Below are positions 48,913-63,461 of a stretch of 64,000 nucleotides of DNA, piece by piece; position 1 is the stretch's first letter; the number at the start of each line of letters is the position of its first letter. The notes beneath the pieces are model-generated. The model saw nothing but the letters and a program-made list of their open reading frames with translations. It had not been told where the DNA came from and did not search any database. The stretch spans positions 23,188,001 to 23,252,000 of the forward strand of contig OZ024743.1 in NCBI GenBank assembly GCA_964016885.1, given 5' to 3'. The position numbers and the translations under genes are program-made. The DNA comes from Eledone cirrhosa (lineage: Eukaryota).

Positions 48913-50739
48913 TTTTGACACCAACAAATATAAATTCTTATACATTTACTTAATGATCATAAATTCATGGGATTGATTCCCAGATCAAATGAAGTGCTTT
49001 CCTTGAACCTGGCACTTCATTTAACATTGCTTTAGTTTATTCAGCTATAAATGAGTACCAGCAAAAGTTGGATGCAAAGAAATGGTTTCTCGTCCAAGTG
49101 GGAGTCTTGTACTCTCAATCACTTAAAGACAAGAAGTTTGGGTAAGCTCAGAGTTTCAGCTAATCCGTGCAAGAATGGAAAAAGGAATTTAAAACTCTAA
49201 TTCTAACAATTTCTTAAAGTAAATTAGTTATTATTTGAAAAGTTTGCTGTAATCAATCAAAGCTGGTAAATATATTTAAGAAAATTTCAATTTACTTGAT
49301 GCACCAAATATAGAAATACATGTTTTGTTGGATTAAAGAAAAAGAGATTCTTTTGATACACCTCTGTGCACTTCCACTTTTAATTTGTTATGACTCTCTT
49401 CCTGCTATTCCAAGCATTAAACTAATATACTTCTTCCATGTACTGTGCCGTTTGTTGTTATTTTTTGTTACTACTTTTACCTACATATATATATTCGTAT
49501 GCAGAGTGAAGTCCCCAGCAGAATACCCAACTACAAAATTACTACAAGAAAGCTTGACTTTAGATGTATCATAAGACATCTGGTAACTAACTATATATCT
49601 GGTAACCATATATATATATATATGAAGCTCCCTGCACTCTAAACCCAACAATGAGCTGCTAAGCACTTTTCCCCTCTTCAAGGATACCTCTTTGACCAAA
49701 ACATCTGCTCGCACTCTTTCTCCCCTTCCCACTGCCTACCAAAGTTAGTTGTTCTTGCACTCCACCCCTTACCGGTGCCTCTTTTGCCATGTTCTCCCTC
49801 TTTCTCCACCCACTCTCTTCACTGCCTCATCCTGCCCAGCTGAGGATACAACTGACATAGTGATAGTACCACAATAACATGCACCCAGTACCTTTAGTTC
49901 CCTAATTAAATCCACCCATACTGTAAAGTGGTAATGGTGTTGTCATGATAAAATGCATCCAGTATACACTGTAAAATGGGTGTGTTAGGAAGAGCATCTA
50001 GCAAAAGAAACCACGCCAAATATATATATATATATATTATACTTTGGTATTGTATATGTCTTACAGTATATCTTATCATGCCAACAGTAGTCTATCTTAT
50101 TTCCCAAAGTATTTAATCATGTCACAAACTGAAACTTTAAAGTAAAAAGTGTAGAGAAAATTTAAAAAAAAAATTATACTTTATTTCTAAGAAGGAACAG
50201 TGAGTTAATAGCCTGTAGATAAAACTTTGGACATTATCCAAATAGCTGTCTGCCTTCCAATGGTTGAACATAAGCAACGTATTTTATATAGGAAGACAGA
50301 CAGGATATGTATATATGTATATATGTCAATATGCAATGGTTACACGCACATGCACATATCCAAGCACACATACACATGCACATGTGTGTATGTGTTCAAT
50401 GTAAGTGTGTGATTGTGCATGGATGCCAGTGTGTGTTAGTAAAATACAGTAATTGGTACATGGATGTGTGAGAGAGAGAGAGAGAACCAGAAAGTGGAAC
50501 AGAACAGAATAAAACAATGGTCTGATCATTTCTCAGTGAAGTGAGTTTATCCTTGAAAAGGTCTTCGTATGTCCTTGAAAAGCATGCATTACATGAATTT
50601 CTGTAGTTAAAATGTGTTTGGGGATATAATTTGGCAAGGTCTTCCCTGTATTATGTTTGGAGCATAATAAAAGATTTTATTAACTGAAAAAGACATTAAA
50701 TATACTTAGTAGCTCAAATTCTATATGAATGATTTCATA

Positions 50740-50925
50740 AAATTGGCAGTGTTGTTAGAGCATCAGACACCATGCTTTGCAGCATAGAGTTATGGACCTG
50801 TAAGTTCTGAGTTCAAATCCCGCCGAGGTTAACTTTGCCTTTCATCTTTAAGGGGTCGATAAAATAAAGTACCAGTAATGTACTGGGTTATTTGCTGGCC
50901 TTGTGCCAAAAATAGAAACAATTAT
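50740..50925 (+). mobile_element. SINE family A
   Basis: Family A head, B-box and core. Confidence 0.88.
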
Positions 50926-52219
50926 ACTACAGCAAATGAGGCTACTACTTACTCTGCTGTCAAATAACCTATTAGAAATTGTAGCCAAATCTCCTTCAAA
51001 TCACATTTTATCATCTTAAAAATCAATGGATACATGGGATAATCGTGGCTGCCATGTCTTAACTCATATGTCCTCATGTCAATGTTGACCTTGAGCTAAA
51101 TAGCAGCAACAGCAACAGGTTCCTGACAAGATAAAAAGTGCCCAGTCCATCCTATATGGTAGTAGTGCAGGTGCCACAATAAAAAGCCCCCATTTTACAT
51201 TGTAAGGCAGTAGTGCTGGTGCCATGACAAAAAGCACCCCATTCACCAGTATGGAGGCAGTGCCAGAGTCATAGTAAAATGCTCCCAGTATACACTGAAA
51301 AGTGCTTGGCCTAAGGACGGGCATCCAAGCCCAAAACAGAGCAAGACATGAGCAAGACATGGTCACATATGTTTTTGTAGTGTGTGAGTGTATTTATTGA
51401 CACGTGCATCAAATACACCATTCATGGTATATATGCAAAACTGAGCCATAGAATTACAATAATGATTTGGATAAGGATAAGGATAGTGAGGTGGTAGTGG
51501 TATTGGTGGTAGGTGTTGGTGGTGGTGTTGGTGTAGTTTTGATAATGTCAACAGTGGCCTATTTCTATTGAATGTATTATTTCACACCAAACAACAGTCC
51601 TTCATAATGTGGCCTGGGTATATAAACAGTAACCAAAATTACAGCATGGAACCACAAAAGCATTTTAATTAGTTGTTTTATTTTCTATTATTTTTCTTAT
51701 ATTATTTTCTTTTTTTCTATTTGTTTATTTTATTTATTTATTGGCTTCAATAAATTACTACTTTCTTGCATAGCTCTGGTAAGTCTTCAGCCTGAACACC
51801 TGCCAAGAGATTTCAGTTGTAAAATAGCTCAGGTGAGGTTAAGTTATTTAGTAGAAGGTTTAAGATAGGTGATTATTAGACACCAACACTCAACTCAACT
51901 CCACTATTAAGGAAATGTTGTCAGTACACAGTCTAACTAAATTAGATATCAGCCAGACAGTTAACTTAATGCCAAAGTTTTTTTTGGAGGGATTTTTTTT
52001 ATTATTTTTTATTTTAGTTATTTATTTATTCATTTATTTTTTTATATGATAACTGTAACATTGTAACATGTTCTGAGTTTTATTTCTTTATTCTTGTTTG
52101 TCTTTTCTTTATTTTTCCAGGAGTTACACAAGTGTTTACTAGCTATGCTGAACATTGACCACAGTGATAAGTTGTTGCTGTTGTTTCTTTCTTTGTACAG
52201 TAGCAATAATAACAATAAT

Positions 52220-52642
52220 AATTGTGTCTACATTTAGCACAAGGCCAGCAATTTGGGGGAGGGGAAAGTCAAATTAATTGACTCCAGTGCATTACTGGTG
52301 CTTTATTTTATCGACCCCACAAGGATGAAAAGAAAGTTAATCTCAGTGCAATTTGAATTCAGAACGTATAGGGCCATAACTCTGTGCCGCCTAGTATGTT
52401 ATCCAACGCTCTACCAATACTGCCAATCCACTGCGCTTGTCACATATAACGGTTTCTGATTTAGGCACAAGGCCAGCAATTTGGGGGAGGGGAAAGTCGA
52501 TTAAATCGACCCCAGTGCGTGACTGGTACTTTATTTTATCGACCTCGTAAGGATGAAAGGTAAAGCTAACCTCAGAAAGATTTGAATTCAGAACCTAACT
52601 CTATGCCATGAATCATGTCCGACGCTCTACCGATTCTGCCAA
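52220..52642 (-). mobile_element. Two tandem SINE family A copies
   Basis: Two GCACAAGGCCAGCAATTTGGGGGAGGGGAAAGTC starts (about 52237 and 52465). Confidence 0.88.
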
Positions 52643-52844
52643 ATAATAATAAAGTGATCTATAATAGGATACGTAATAGAGTATAATGATGATTGTAGCA
52701 GCCTCAACATCTGGGGAAGACATATAATGCATAGATACAAGATGCATGCGTAGATTCATATCTTTCTCATTCGTCCCCCCCCCCCCCCCCTCCCTCCCTC
52801 TCACTCACTCAACAATAAAGTCTGGTGATATATATATATTTATA

Positions 52845-52965
52845 TATTAGAAAAAATGAGGAAGTTTTTTTTTACATGTATTAGATTTTTATTGTATGTC
52901 AAGAACCTGTTACACGTGTTTCACAGGGGATTGGCTCAAGGTCACCAATTGAATCACCTACACTA
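52845..52965 (-). mobile_element. PLE-like remnant in (TA)n with only the 3' half of a hammerhead
   Basis: Minus strand: ...T GAAA CACGTG TA ACAGG (52906-52922); CUGANGA half absent. Confidence 0.45.
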
Positions 52966-53427
52966 TAAATATATATATATATATATATCCTTGTAGTGCC
53001 TGGTAGAAACACTAAATTCCTTTATAAAAAAAAAATTTGTTTATACTGAAATGGCAAAGCAGTTTAATAAATTAAGACCTTAAAAGCATAAATTCACCTC
53101 CACTAATGGAAACATGAAAATACAGGAACTTCTATATTCACTGTCAATATGGTACAAGTATGCACGGCTTTACTAACCATACTACAGATAATTTTAAAAT
53201 TACAAACAAAACCCCCCAAAATATGTAATAATAATTCTTTCTAACATTGGCACAAAGCCAGCAGTTTGTGGGGCAAGGATAGTCAACTATACCAACCACA
53301 GTACTTTACTGGTACTTAATATTATTGACTTTGAAAATATGAAAGGCAAAATTGACCTCTGTGGAATTGGAAATCAGAATATAAAAAATCAGAAGAAATA
53401 CTACTGAACAGTTTTCTTATGTTCTTA

Positions 53428-53765
53428 TCATCATCATCATCATTGTTTAATATCCATTTTCTATGCTAGCATGGGTAGGACAGGCTGCCCCATTGTGAGA
53501 GATCCAGATCAGAGGGCCATGCTCACACAGAACTGATTTTGGCTTGATTTCTATGGCTGGATGCCATTCCTAATGCCAACCACATGTACAGTGTGTGCTG
53601 GGTGCTTTTTGTCATGACACTTACATAACCAATCTTGGTCATGACACCTACACAACCACTTTACAGTGTGGGCTGTGCACTTTTTGTCATGACACCTACA
53701 TGATCACTTTACAGTGTGGGCTGGGCACTTTTTGTCATGACACCTACATGACCACTTTACAGTAT
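53428..53765 (-). mobile_element. SINE-like family C with internal ~48-bp tandem repeats and RTE-type tail
   Basis: (CAT)n-..TCCATTTTCTATGCTAGCATGGGT tail; CACTTTACAGTGTGGGCTG..TTTTTGTCATGACACCTAC repeated about three times. Confidence 0.7.
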
Positions 53766-53969
53766 CATTACTCTGCTACTTCACCACTTGGCTGGTACTT
53801 TATGTTATCTACCCGAGACAGATGAAAGGTAAAGTTGACTCTGGCATACTTATTGCAATGCTAAAAAATCAGAATATCATTTTTTTTTTTGTTTCATCAA
53901 TAGAGTGAATTCCTTGATCTTTTAGATTTAAAGATGAATAGAATAGAACTTGGAGTTCTACAAGACAAC

Positions 53970-55421
53970 CTGCTATGAGTAACAGACCACATCTTAGGAT
54001 AAGGTAAGGTTCCAACAAAACAGATGACCTGGTGTGGAATGGTACACTAGAGTCGTAAAAACTAAGACAGCAAAAAGGAACATTATTAGGTAGTTAGAAG
54101 ATAAGTTAGGTGTCAGGTATATATAGCATGAAGAGAATGTGAAAAGTAGAGGTTTACCAATGTCCTGTGATGAGAGGATCAGACGTATGAGGTGTTCCAG
54201 ATTACAAAATCTTGTGTCAGTATATAGCAAGATATTGCGTGTGTATGATGGAGGGGGAAGTGAAATGTGTACATAATGATAGAAGTATATTTTCCCTCAT
54301 TGACCGAAAGAGAAGAGAAGAAAGAGGCATGGGAGTGCTACTATGAAAGGTTGACGAATGAGGAGAATGCTTGGGCGAGAGAAGGTTTTCCACAAGTAGT
54401 CGCAACAGAGGGACCAGCTATTGAAGTTGGCAGTTATATAGTCAAAAGTGGAATTAAGGATATGAAGACAGAGAAAGCAACTAGATAATCAGAGACACTA
54501 ATAGAAATGCTGAAAACATCTAACAAAGTAGGACACATGCTTGTCCCTTACCCAATTCATGGTAAAGCTATACCCTAATTAACTGCTTCACAAAGTGTAG
54601 AATTTAGGGCATCCTCAAAATAACTTAGCAAAGGCAAACATTTCAGTTATTAGAAAAGAAGACATGAATCTACTACTATTAGAGAGATAGTCACACTCTC
54701 TCTGTGGAAAAGAATGGATGGGAACTCAGTACTGTACATCAATTGTAAACCATTAGTGTATAAGTGATGCAGTGGGATAAAAAGCAGGGCAATAGAGAAG
54801 GGTTATGTATGTAACAGCTACATAAGATTTGTTAGTAGCAAAAGTGCTCATGAAATAAATTCTTTTAAATGCTCAGAAGGCTTCATGGAAATATTTGATA
54901 GCTTCCACTGCCTGACATAACAAATAACAAGTAGTGAAGGCAGATATATATAATAGCCACAGTAAGAACGGGATGAAAAACTTTCAGGATACTATTGCTT
55001 CTGATGGAAATGAAGGTATTCTCTCCCCAAATGAAAGGCAGAGTGTATCATATTTGTCACATGATAGTAAAACATGTATGAAGGCTGTAATGAAATGAAG
55101 CAAGTATCTTCTTCATCATGAGAAATATTACTGCAGGTGAAAAACAGAGAACAAATAAACTGAAAGAAACACTAGATATAAGAATCAGATGTAATGTGAA
55201 AGAGAGAAGACTGTGCTTGTATGAACATGGGATGTATGTGTAGAATGACATTTGGGCAAGGAAATATCTAGAGAAGACCAAGTAAGAGATAAAAGTGATC
55301 TCAAGAAGCTGAACCTCACAAGAGTGACAAAGAACTACAATGAATGGTGAATGATGTGTTAGACACGACCAATACAAACATAGAAAAGCAAGCATAAAAA
55401 TGATGATGGTGATGATGATGA
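53970..55421 (+). mobile_element. Decayed RTE LINE with 3' tail
   Basis: KKEAWECYYERLTNEENAW..EGPAIE matches the intact copy; (GAT)n tail at 55400-55421. Confidence 0.85.
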
Positions 55422-58400
55422 TACATGCATGTGCAAGAAAAAGAGAACAGTACCTCTATTTAGAAAGTGAATGCCTTATTAAGTTGATGTTACATGTGAT
55501 ATATAGTTATATTTTTCTATATATACACACAGTCAAATCATAGATGTATATCTACGAAAATTACTAAGATATTAAATACCTGAATAACATTAATGAACAA
55601 AAGTCAAATTATTGAAAAATGAAAAATTACCATGATTCTTCCCAAACGTTTTAAGTGCATAGTCTAAATATATTTAATCTTAATTCCATAGAAAACTCAT
55701 TTAAACAAGTTTATACATTTATCTATATGGGACAGGTGGCATTTGTGTAGCTGAGAAGAGGATTTCCATTACAATATCCACTGTATTCTGTTGCATGATT
55801 GTTTCATATTTATCAAGCTGAGATATAAATGTAGCTCAAAGCAATTTAGAAGATTCATAATTTTGCAGTTTGTTGCTTTCTATCTGTTCTACAATGCTGG
55901 TATGTAAATGAAAATCTCTGGATTTAAAAGCCTATGCTTTGATTTGGTTTTAATGGTGTTAAGCGGCCAAAAGATATGTGTTCAGGCTATAATCAACCCA
56001 TTTAAAAAATATGTTTTCAACATCATCAACGTTGTTTAATGTCAGTTTTTCCAGCCAGCAAAGGTTGACTGTATCATCAGAAGCTAGTCAGTATTCAAAC
56101 AGCAACACTAACTTCCAGGTAGGCCTGGGGCATGCATCCCACTTACATTCCTATACTTTATTGATTATTCCAAAAGGCTGGAGACCTAACATACAATCCT
56201 GCACTCTTTTCAGATCAAAAATATTTCCTGATGATTTCCTTCGAATGAAACAGTTCTAGTCCTGTAGAAGCCATTTCTATATTAAACAATTATACACTGC
56301 TATGTATTGAGTACCTTACTTACTGTGGTTACCCCTGATTCAACCCAGGATACACACACACACACATACACACATATATATACAAACACATACACATGCA
56401 CACGCACACACATATTTTTTTTTCTTTCTATTTTGTGAATAGTAACATCATTGGTTAAGCTTCTATTAGGTCAAAACGACCGGTTTACCGTGATGATGGT
56501 AGTGACACAACAAAAGACTTTCTGTGCAATTGCAACTCTGTTAGAACAAAGGTTATGGGGTATATCAGTTTAAAAATACCAGGTTATTAATTGGCTTGTT
56601 AATGTTTACATTATTTGCTCATATATGTCAGCAAAACACACACACACACACATACATACATATACACACATATATATTTATATATATACATGAACACATA
56701 CATATGTACAGACATGCACATATATAGACACTCATACACATAAATACATATATGCACATATATACACACATACACATATATGTATTTATTCATATTCTTA
56801 CTATATAGATGAGATGTTTCAGCAAGGTGTGTACTTGTGGGTCCTTTCTTGCTCCTTACTGTGTGTGTGTGTGTGTGTGTTTTACTATGCTGAATAAGAA
56901 TTAGAGAAGAAATTCCAGTCATGGAAGCAAAGCCTAGAAATGAAAGGCCTCCAAGAAAAGTTAGTAAAAAGTAAAGTTCTAGTAAGCAGGAAAGAAATGA
57001 GGTCCTTGATGACTTCAGGGAAATAGCCATACTCAATATTCAGAAAACCAGTGGGGAGGAATTCGATATTCTGGATTCAGGGAAAATTACAAGAGATGAA
57101 AATTACATAAGATCACAGACAGACCAGACAAACAAAGAGTTTAGACTTCATGTGCAGCAGATGTACAGGTGCACATGGAGGATATTAGCTATATATATAA
57201 GTAGGTGGACTCTAGACAAAGTAGAACATAGGACAAAGTGGTAAAGACTGACTAAACCTCAATTCACTCCCTAAAGTGGTTGCTGTTAGGATGGGCCTCC
57301 AGACATAGAAAACACGCCAAGAATGGTTAAGCAGACTCTTCAGACACATCATAGACATGGAAACCTCATTAGTGCTATAGAAAATTTACCAAACAAAAGG
57401 GGATTGAGTGAGCTCTTCAGTTATATCAAAAAATGACAACCTCCCTAGTACTGGTGTCACAATAAAAGGTATCTAGTACACTCTGTAAAATGCAGACATG
57501 TATGTAAGCGAGATGCAGTCTGATCGGTCATCAAAACTGATTAAATACTGACTTGATCTGTGACAGACAATCCAACCTTTGCTAGCAGGAAAAATGAATG
57601 TTAAATGAGGATGATACAGGATGAGCTTCGATGCAGTTTCCATTAACCAAATTTCAGTTATCACAAAACATTGATCAACCCATTGTATCTCTGATTCTGA
57701 CTCAATTAACCTTCTATATATGTATGAGTATGCGTGTTTGTATATATATATATATATATATATTATTGTGTTTACCATATTTTTATTATATTGTCCTACC
57801 CGTGCTAGTGTGGAAGATGTATGTTAAACAATGACGATGATGATATACATAATATATATATATATATATACATATATATTAGAAAGTGTATGGGAGAAAT
57901 TGATTATTAAGAGCATCAGTAAATAGTATAGAGCTCAGAGAAATTGCTTTTGCATAAGAACTATTATGATCTGTGGATAGAATAGACCGATCTGAAAGGA
58001 ATGTTCATAGATGTTAAATGTGGGACAGATCTGTGTTCTGGGAATAGTCAATCTATGTGTGTGTGGAGGGGGGGGGGGGGGGTAATAAAATAGAAACAAA
58101 TATATGAATATAATCTTCACAGCATTATTGCAACGGATAGAATGTAGCAGTGTTAATAGTTGAAACAGTGTTTAAAAAGAATTGGCACAAATCAATTCTT
58201 CGTATATGGAAAGAGAAAATGTTTTTAAAAAATCAATATCTTAGGAAGAATGTGTGCTTGTTTATTGACCAAACTAATCACAATCTGAGACTACACATCT
58301 AATCTTTGATTGGATGTGTGTAAAAACATTTCTTCAACTAACATCCCTATGGCACAAGGAAAATAAAAAAAAAAGGTAATTTCAAAAGTTTGAAGAATAC

Positions 58401-58542
58401 AAAAAAATATCAACAATATATTTGGTAGATTAAGGAAGCTAGTTGTGTGTATGTGTATATATGTATGTAATGTATGTATGCATGCATGTACATACATACA
58501 AACATACAAAAAACATGACTAGCACACACACATACATATATA

Positions 58543-58642
58543 CAAGGTGTCGCCCCAAAATGTATACACACTTCAACAGCATTCTAATAAATATTGTCTG
58601 TACAGGTAATCAAAGTGTGTTTACATTTTTGGAGGACACCAA
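58543..58642. mobile_element. ~100-bp Tc1/mariner-type MITE
   Basis: TA-CAAGGTGTCGCCCCAAAATGTATACACACTT ... AAGTGTGTTTACATTTTTGGAGGACACC imperfect TIRs. Confidence 0.7.
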
Positions 58643-59484
58643 TAAATAAGACATCCTCAATTTTACATGGAACATTTACAATGTACCATATGTTTTGAAA
58701 TTAAGTTTTGTAGGTCCAACAGATAAGTTGCATGCTTGTCATTCATGTTATATTTATGTAAAAATGGTGTGACTTATGCAAATGTATATATTGTCATTGT
58801 CATAATCATCATTTTTACATCTACTTTTCCATGCTGGCATGAGTGAGATGGGATGTATGAATCCATCCATCCATCCATCCATACACACACACATATATAC
58901 ATACATAAAAGAGGGCTGCATCACGATTTCAAGAATTGCCACCTCCTGGTCCCCCTCTTTAACATGGGTGCCCTACCGAGGATTTACATTCCTTTCTGGA
59001 TATACTGCAGTGATAAACATTACTTCCACTTTGGTTCCCTGTTTGGTTTTGGTGAGTTTTAAAAAGACATCCATCCATCCATATATACATACATGCATAT
59101 ATACATATATTCCAAAAATTCTGCATCTAATAACTGCATGTGCACATGTACAGATTCAAAGCATATGCACATGCACACATTTAACTCAAACCATGCACAT
59201 GCACACATTTAACTCAAACCATACACATCCACACATATATTAATATCCATACCTGCACACACATGCATGCAGACATGCAGACATATCTACCTAGTTGATA
59301 TTGTTTGAAAGAGTTTTGTAACTATGTTAGAAACCGACTCTCTCTCTATTGGTGAAAATTTATAAAATTATAAAACCAGAAGAACATACTTACATTCTGG
59401 CTGCTGTTTTAAACATTCATGTGAGATGCCATTAAGTGGAAAAAAACACTCAGTGTTGTTAGAGTAGAATATTATCTATTTAAG

Positions 59485-59665
59485 TGGATTGGCAGTATCG
59501 GTAGAGGGTCGGACGCCATGCTTTGACGCATAGAGTTACGGCCCTTGCCATTCTGAGTTCAAATCCCGCCGAGGTTAACTTTGCCTTTCATCCTTATGGG
59601 GTCGATAAAATAAAGTACCAGTAATACACTGGGTAATTGCTGGCCTTGTGCCAAAAGTAGAAACA
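59485..59665 (+). mobile_element. SINE family A, young full-length copy
   Basis: 14-bp TSD ATTATCTATTTAAG at 59471-59484 and 59666-59679; CpGs retained. Confidence 0.93.
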
Positions 59666-62629
59666 ATTATCTATTTAAGGGTAAGTCTGCTCAAGAAACC
59701 CCAAATAGTGACTAACATAGTCTAGGCTCACAATAAACATTATGTTAATGTTTCTGTTTGTGTGTCTGTATGTGTGTGTGTGTGTTCTTGTCTGCATGTG
59801 TGTGTGTGTGTGTGTGTCCTTGTGTGTGTGTGTGTGTTCTTGTCTGCATGCATGTCTCACTGTTTGTGTTTATGTTTGCCACTCTAAACCAGAATTGCTT
59901 ACCATTATGTAAACAAATGTTAATATTAACTTAGCTTTTTGCTAAATAGAAATCAATAAAAATAAGTATCTAACTGGAATAAGAACAGGGTTGATTCAAC
60001 ATGGGTTTATTCCAATGATTGATGCCAGTAAAAGCAAAAAAAGCAAAAATGAAAACATAAACTGTAAGTGGCCATTCAGATTATGATTAGACAGTCGCAA
60101 TTAACTGACTCTATTACATCAGTGCGATACTAATAGATTTTCTTCATTTTGTAATAGTTTAGCTATTAATCAGGAATTGAATATTTATAGAAATCCATAT
60201 CTGTATATTACTGCTACCTGTAATGATTTATCAATGAAGGACAATTGTGCATGGTGAGTTTAACATGGATTGGGTGATTTTTCATCAGTCATTATGCATT
60301 GCAAGTAAAAATATCAAGAAAACAATCTAACTGGTAAGGTGAGTTGAAAACTATGTCTTAGGATCACATTATCTAGTGTCTCTTTTTAATAACTCTTAGT
60401 ATAATTTATATAATGAATAAGACTTTGTAGATAAATACATTACTAAAACAAATTAATAGGGGAATAATAAAGAAGAAAAAAGGTGTTTTTAAACTGGATG
60501 ATGGATTAAGTTTGGTAGATGACAGATTATTGCCTGCTAATCTCTCAACCAATGATCTGATATCTTATTCCCTTCACCCATCAACACTGTCATCCTAATA
60601 ACAAAATGTGCAAATCGAGATGTGACCAATGTTGAAAAGTAGACAAAGGCTAGATGTAATATTAATATACAAAAAGTAAAACTTATAACTACCATCTGCA
60701 GGTCATTTCACTTTATTGCACTTAATTCATATCTGTAATGTCTCAGAGAAATGTATGAATGTCACAAAACCTCATTTCTCTGCCCAAAACATTAGTCATT
60801 ATGGCTAAATATGGATTCAATGAGTACAGAACAAATTAGATATGTAAAGAATGCAATCTAAATTAAATTGAAAGTAAATATATAATAGGATATAAAGTTG
60901 CAACATTATTTACATTGAACATTACCATTGTCGGAACAATGGAAAGACACTGTTCAACTAGAATCGCAACATGCAACTCTATGCAATCCAAGTAGACTTA
61001 GTGTACACACATCAGAAATATTGACAAAAGACATGATGAAACAATGAAAGCAAACACAACTGAATTTTGTCTGTTAAATACTGATTCTGAAAAAGAAACA
61101 TATTTTAATATGTACATGCCTGCATGTATAATATAGATGTTAGGCTACATATATCAGCAGATATAGCTGTATGGTTAAAAGGTTCACTTAACAAACATGT
61201 GGTTCTCAGTTTAATTCTACTTCCCAGCACTCTTGGAAATGCTTTCAAATAATCTCAAGTTGACCAATGCTTTGTAAGTGGAATTTGATAGATGGAAATT
61301 TGAAAATAACAGAAACTAAACTAAATAAGGTGATAATTAAAAGCTCATGATCAATATGCATACAACTTTTTCTAAATATACAAATGTCACTATGGCCCAC
61401 TAAAAATGTTATGTGACAGTATGGGGTTATATAGCAACTCATCAACACATGAAAACTGATATGTAAACACCCAGGAAACCACTATAAGATAGAAACCCTA
61501 GTGTGCTTGTGGACTAGATTGAGGTGACACACCTTAACACAACTACATGATCTTAAAAGCATTATCTTTCTAATCTGAGTCAGATAAGCACACAATTCTA
61601 TATTGTTATTACATCCATTCTTCCACACTTGCATGGGTTGGACACTAATAAAAAGAATATCTCTTACTTCAATACCTTCATAATGTTTAAACATATGTTA
61701 TAAATCTCAAGGAATTCAAGAGTCCAGGTAAGTAAATCTACCATGTTCATTCCTGCAATAACTTTAAACTCTTCTATTATATATGGGAAGTCAACAAACA
61801 ACATACTAATAAATACAGCTAACTGTGACAGTTACATTACATTGACACAACAAACTAGTATATAATGGTTGACATTTGCAGTGTAGTTCAAAACCAATCT
61901 TAGTATATTTGAGTTACCAAGAATTTAATTGTCTATAGAGATACCAACTGTCTTCTCCAACAAGAATTAACAGAACTACTTGACAGCAACAACTATAAAA
62001 TTATCTCTGTCATTAATTAAAACAACACAAACCATCAAATGATCCTCTATATGGTTGGTCAATTTGCTAGAAACAGTAACCAAATCTCCTTCAAATCACA
62101 TTTCACCATTTTAGAAAGGAAATGGTGGATAATATGGCTCTAAGTTCTGAACATGGAAAAAAAAAGTGGGATGGTCAGAGATGGAATACCTTTGTTCATA
62201 GGTTTGCTAATTCATGGCTGACCTGAGGTTAAACAATAATAACTGAAGACAGATCAAACTAAATACTAATTTATTATACTTGTCCAATGCTAAAAGGTAT
62301 CAGGGAAAAAACATAGTCTACTGAATTGGTCCCCTGTACACATCTAGTATTTATTTTAACCCTTCCATTAACAAATCGACTGAAACCACTCCTTGTTCTA
62401 CAATACAAAGCTGTTTATTTTAAAGTGTTTATATTTATCTAAAAAAAATTCCATCATATGTAAGAACATTTGTTATGTTCCAAACAACAGCTTAATAATA
62501 AGAAAGTTATATTATATCCTTCCGCAAATTCTTGATTATTTTCAAAATTCTTTGAAAATCATAAGCAGTGTCTTTCATTAGAAATATGGAAATGAAAGGT
62601 ATAACGAAACATGGAGGAATAAAATTTAA

Positions 62630-62840
62630 CCCTTTAGCATTAAAACTGGCTGTATCGGACCAGAATTCTCTCACCTCTTTCTGTTCAAACTGGCTGTAAC
62701 TGGCCACTTATACTGATGTTAAGGCATTGTTCTCAAAATATATAGTATCAAAATCTCATAGATTTGATATTATGTGAGGTAAAGCCTTTAACATGAAAAT
62801 ACAATAGTATATATAGAGTAATCTAAATTAATGTAAATAT
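62630..62840. mobile_element. piggyBac-type MITE, right TIR lost
   Basis: TTAA-CCCTTTAGCATT start; co-linear with 39134-39351. Confidence 0.8.
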
Positions 62841-63064
62841 ATAGAATAATGTAAGTTCGTTTCAACTGGATTTGAAATCAGAACATATTAGTAAATAATT
62901 GAAAACTATATAACCCAATTTGTTTGGTGTTCTGCTATAGCCAAGCCACTTGTGTGTACTAGTTTCAGTCAACCATCACAAATCAGCCTCTCCAAATTCA
63001 ACAGAGCCTCTAGACATAGAAAAAACTACATTACTCTTCCATACTAGATAAAGATGTATATGAA

Positions 63065-63461
63065 CACACTGTCTGAATCGGTTCAGAAGAAATGACAGAG
63101 CTATGATCCGCTGGATGTGCGGTGTGACCACTGAGGATGATGTCAGCTCAAATGAGCTCCTGAAAAGACTGCTGATCAATGACGAGGACATGCTTTACAT
63201 GAGACACATGCACTGGTATGGCCATGTCGAGTGCAGTGAGGGCTGGATCAGCAACGTGATCAATGTCGATCCAGGAAAACCAAGAAGGACTTGGATGGAG
63301 GATGTTCGTCAGGATCAAGCTAGGCTTGGCCTGGCCTAAGTGAGACCAGTGGACAGAAACACATATAGCGGGACACTAAGTAGCACTGACAGGCAAGACT
63401 CACCCCTACTTAGGGATTAATTGTGCCCTGCATAATCAAAAACTGGATGATGACGATGATG
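63065..63461 (+). mobile_element. RTE LINE 3' fragment
   Basis: RNDRAMIRWMCGV..WYGHV..GKPRRTW; (GAT)n-like tail. Confidence 0.85.

Noticed and set aside
53590-53765. CRISPR-like regularly spaced repeats
   Set aside because: Units are contiguous tandem copies without unique spacers and lie inside a SINE-like element in eukaryotic DNA
56228-56260. CTGATGA-T-TTC-CTTC-GAA-T-GAAA motif
   Set aside because: 3-bp stem II only, no stem I complement, and no (TA)n or PLE context
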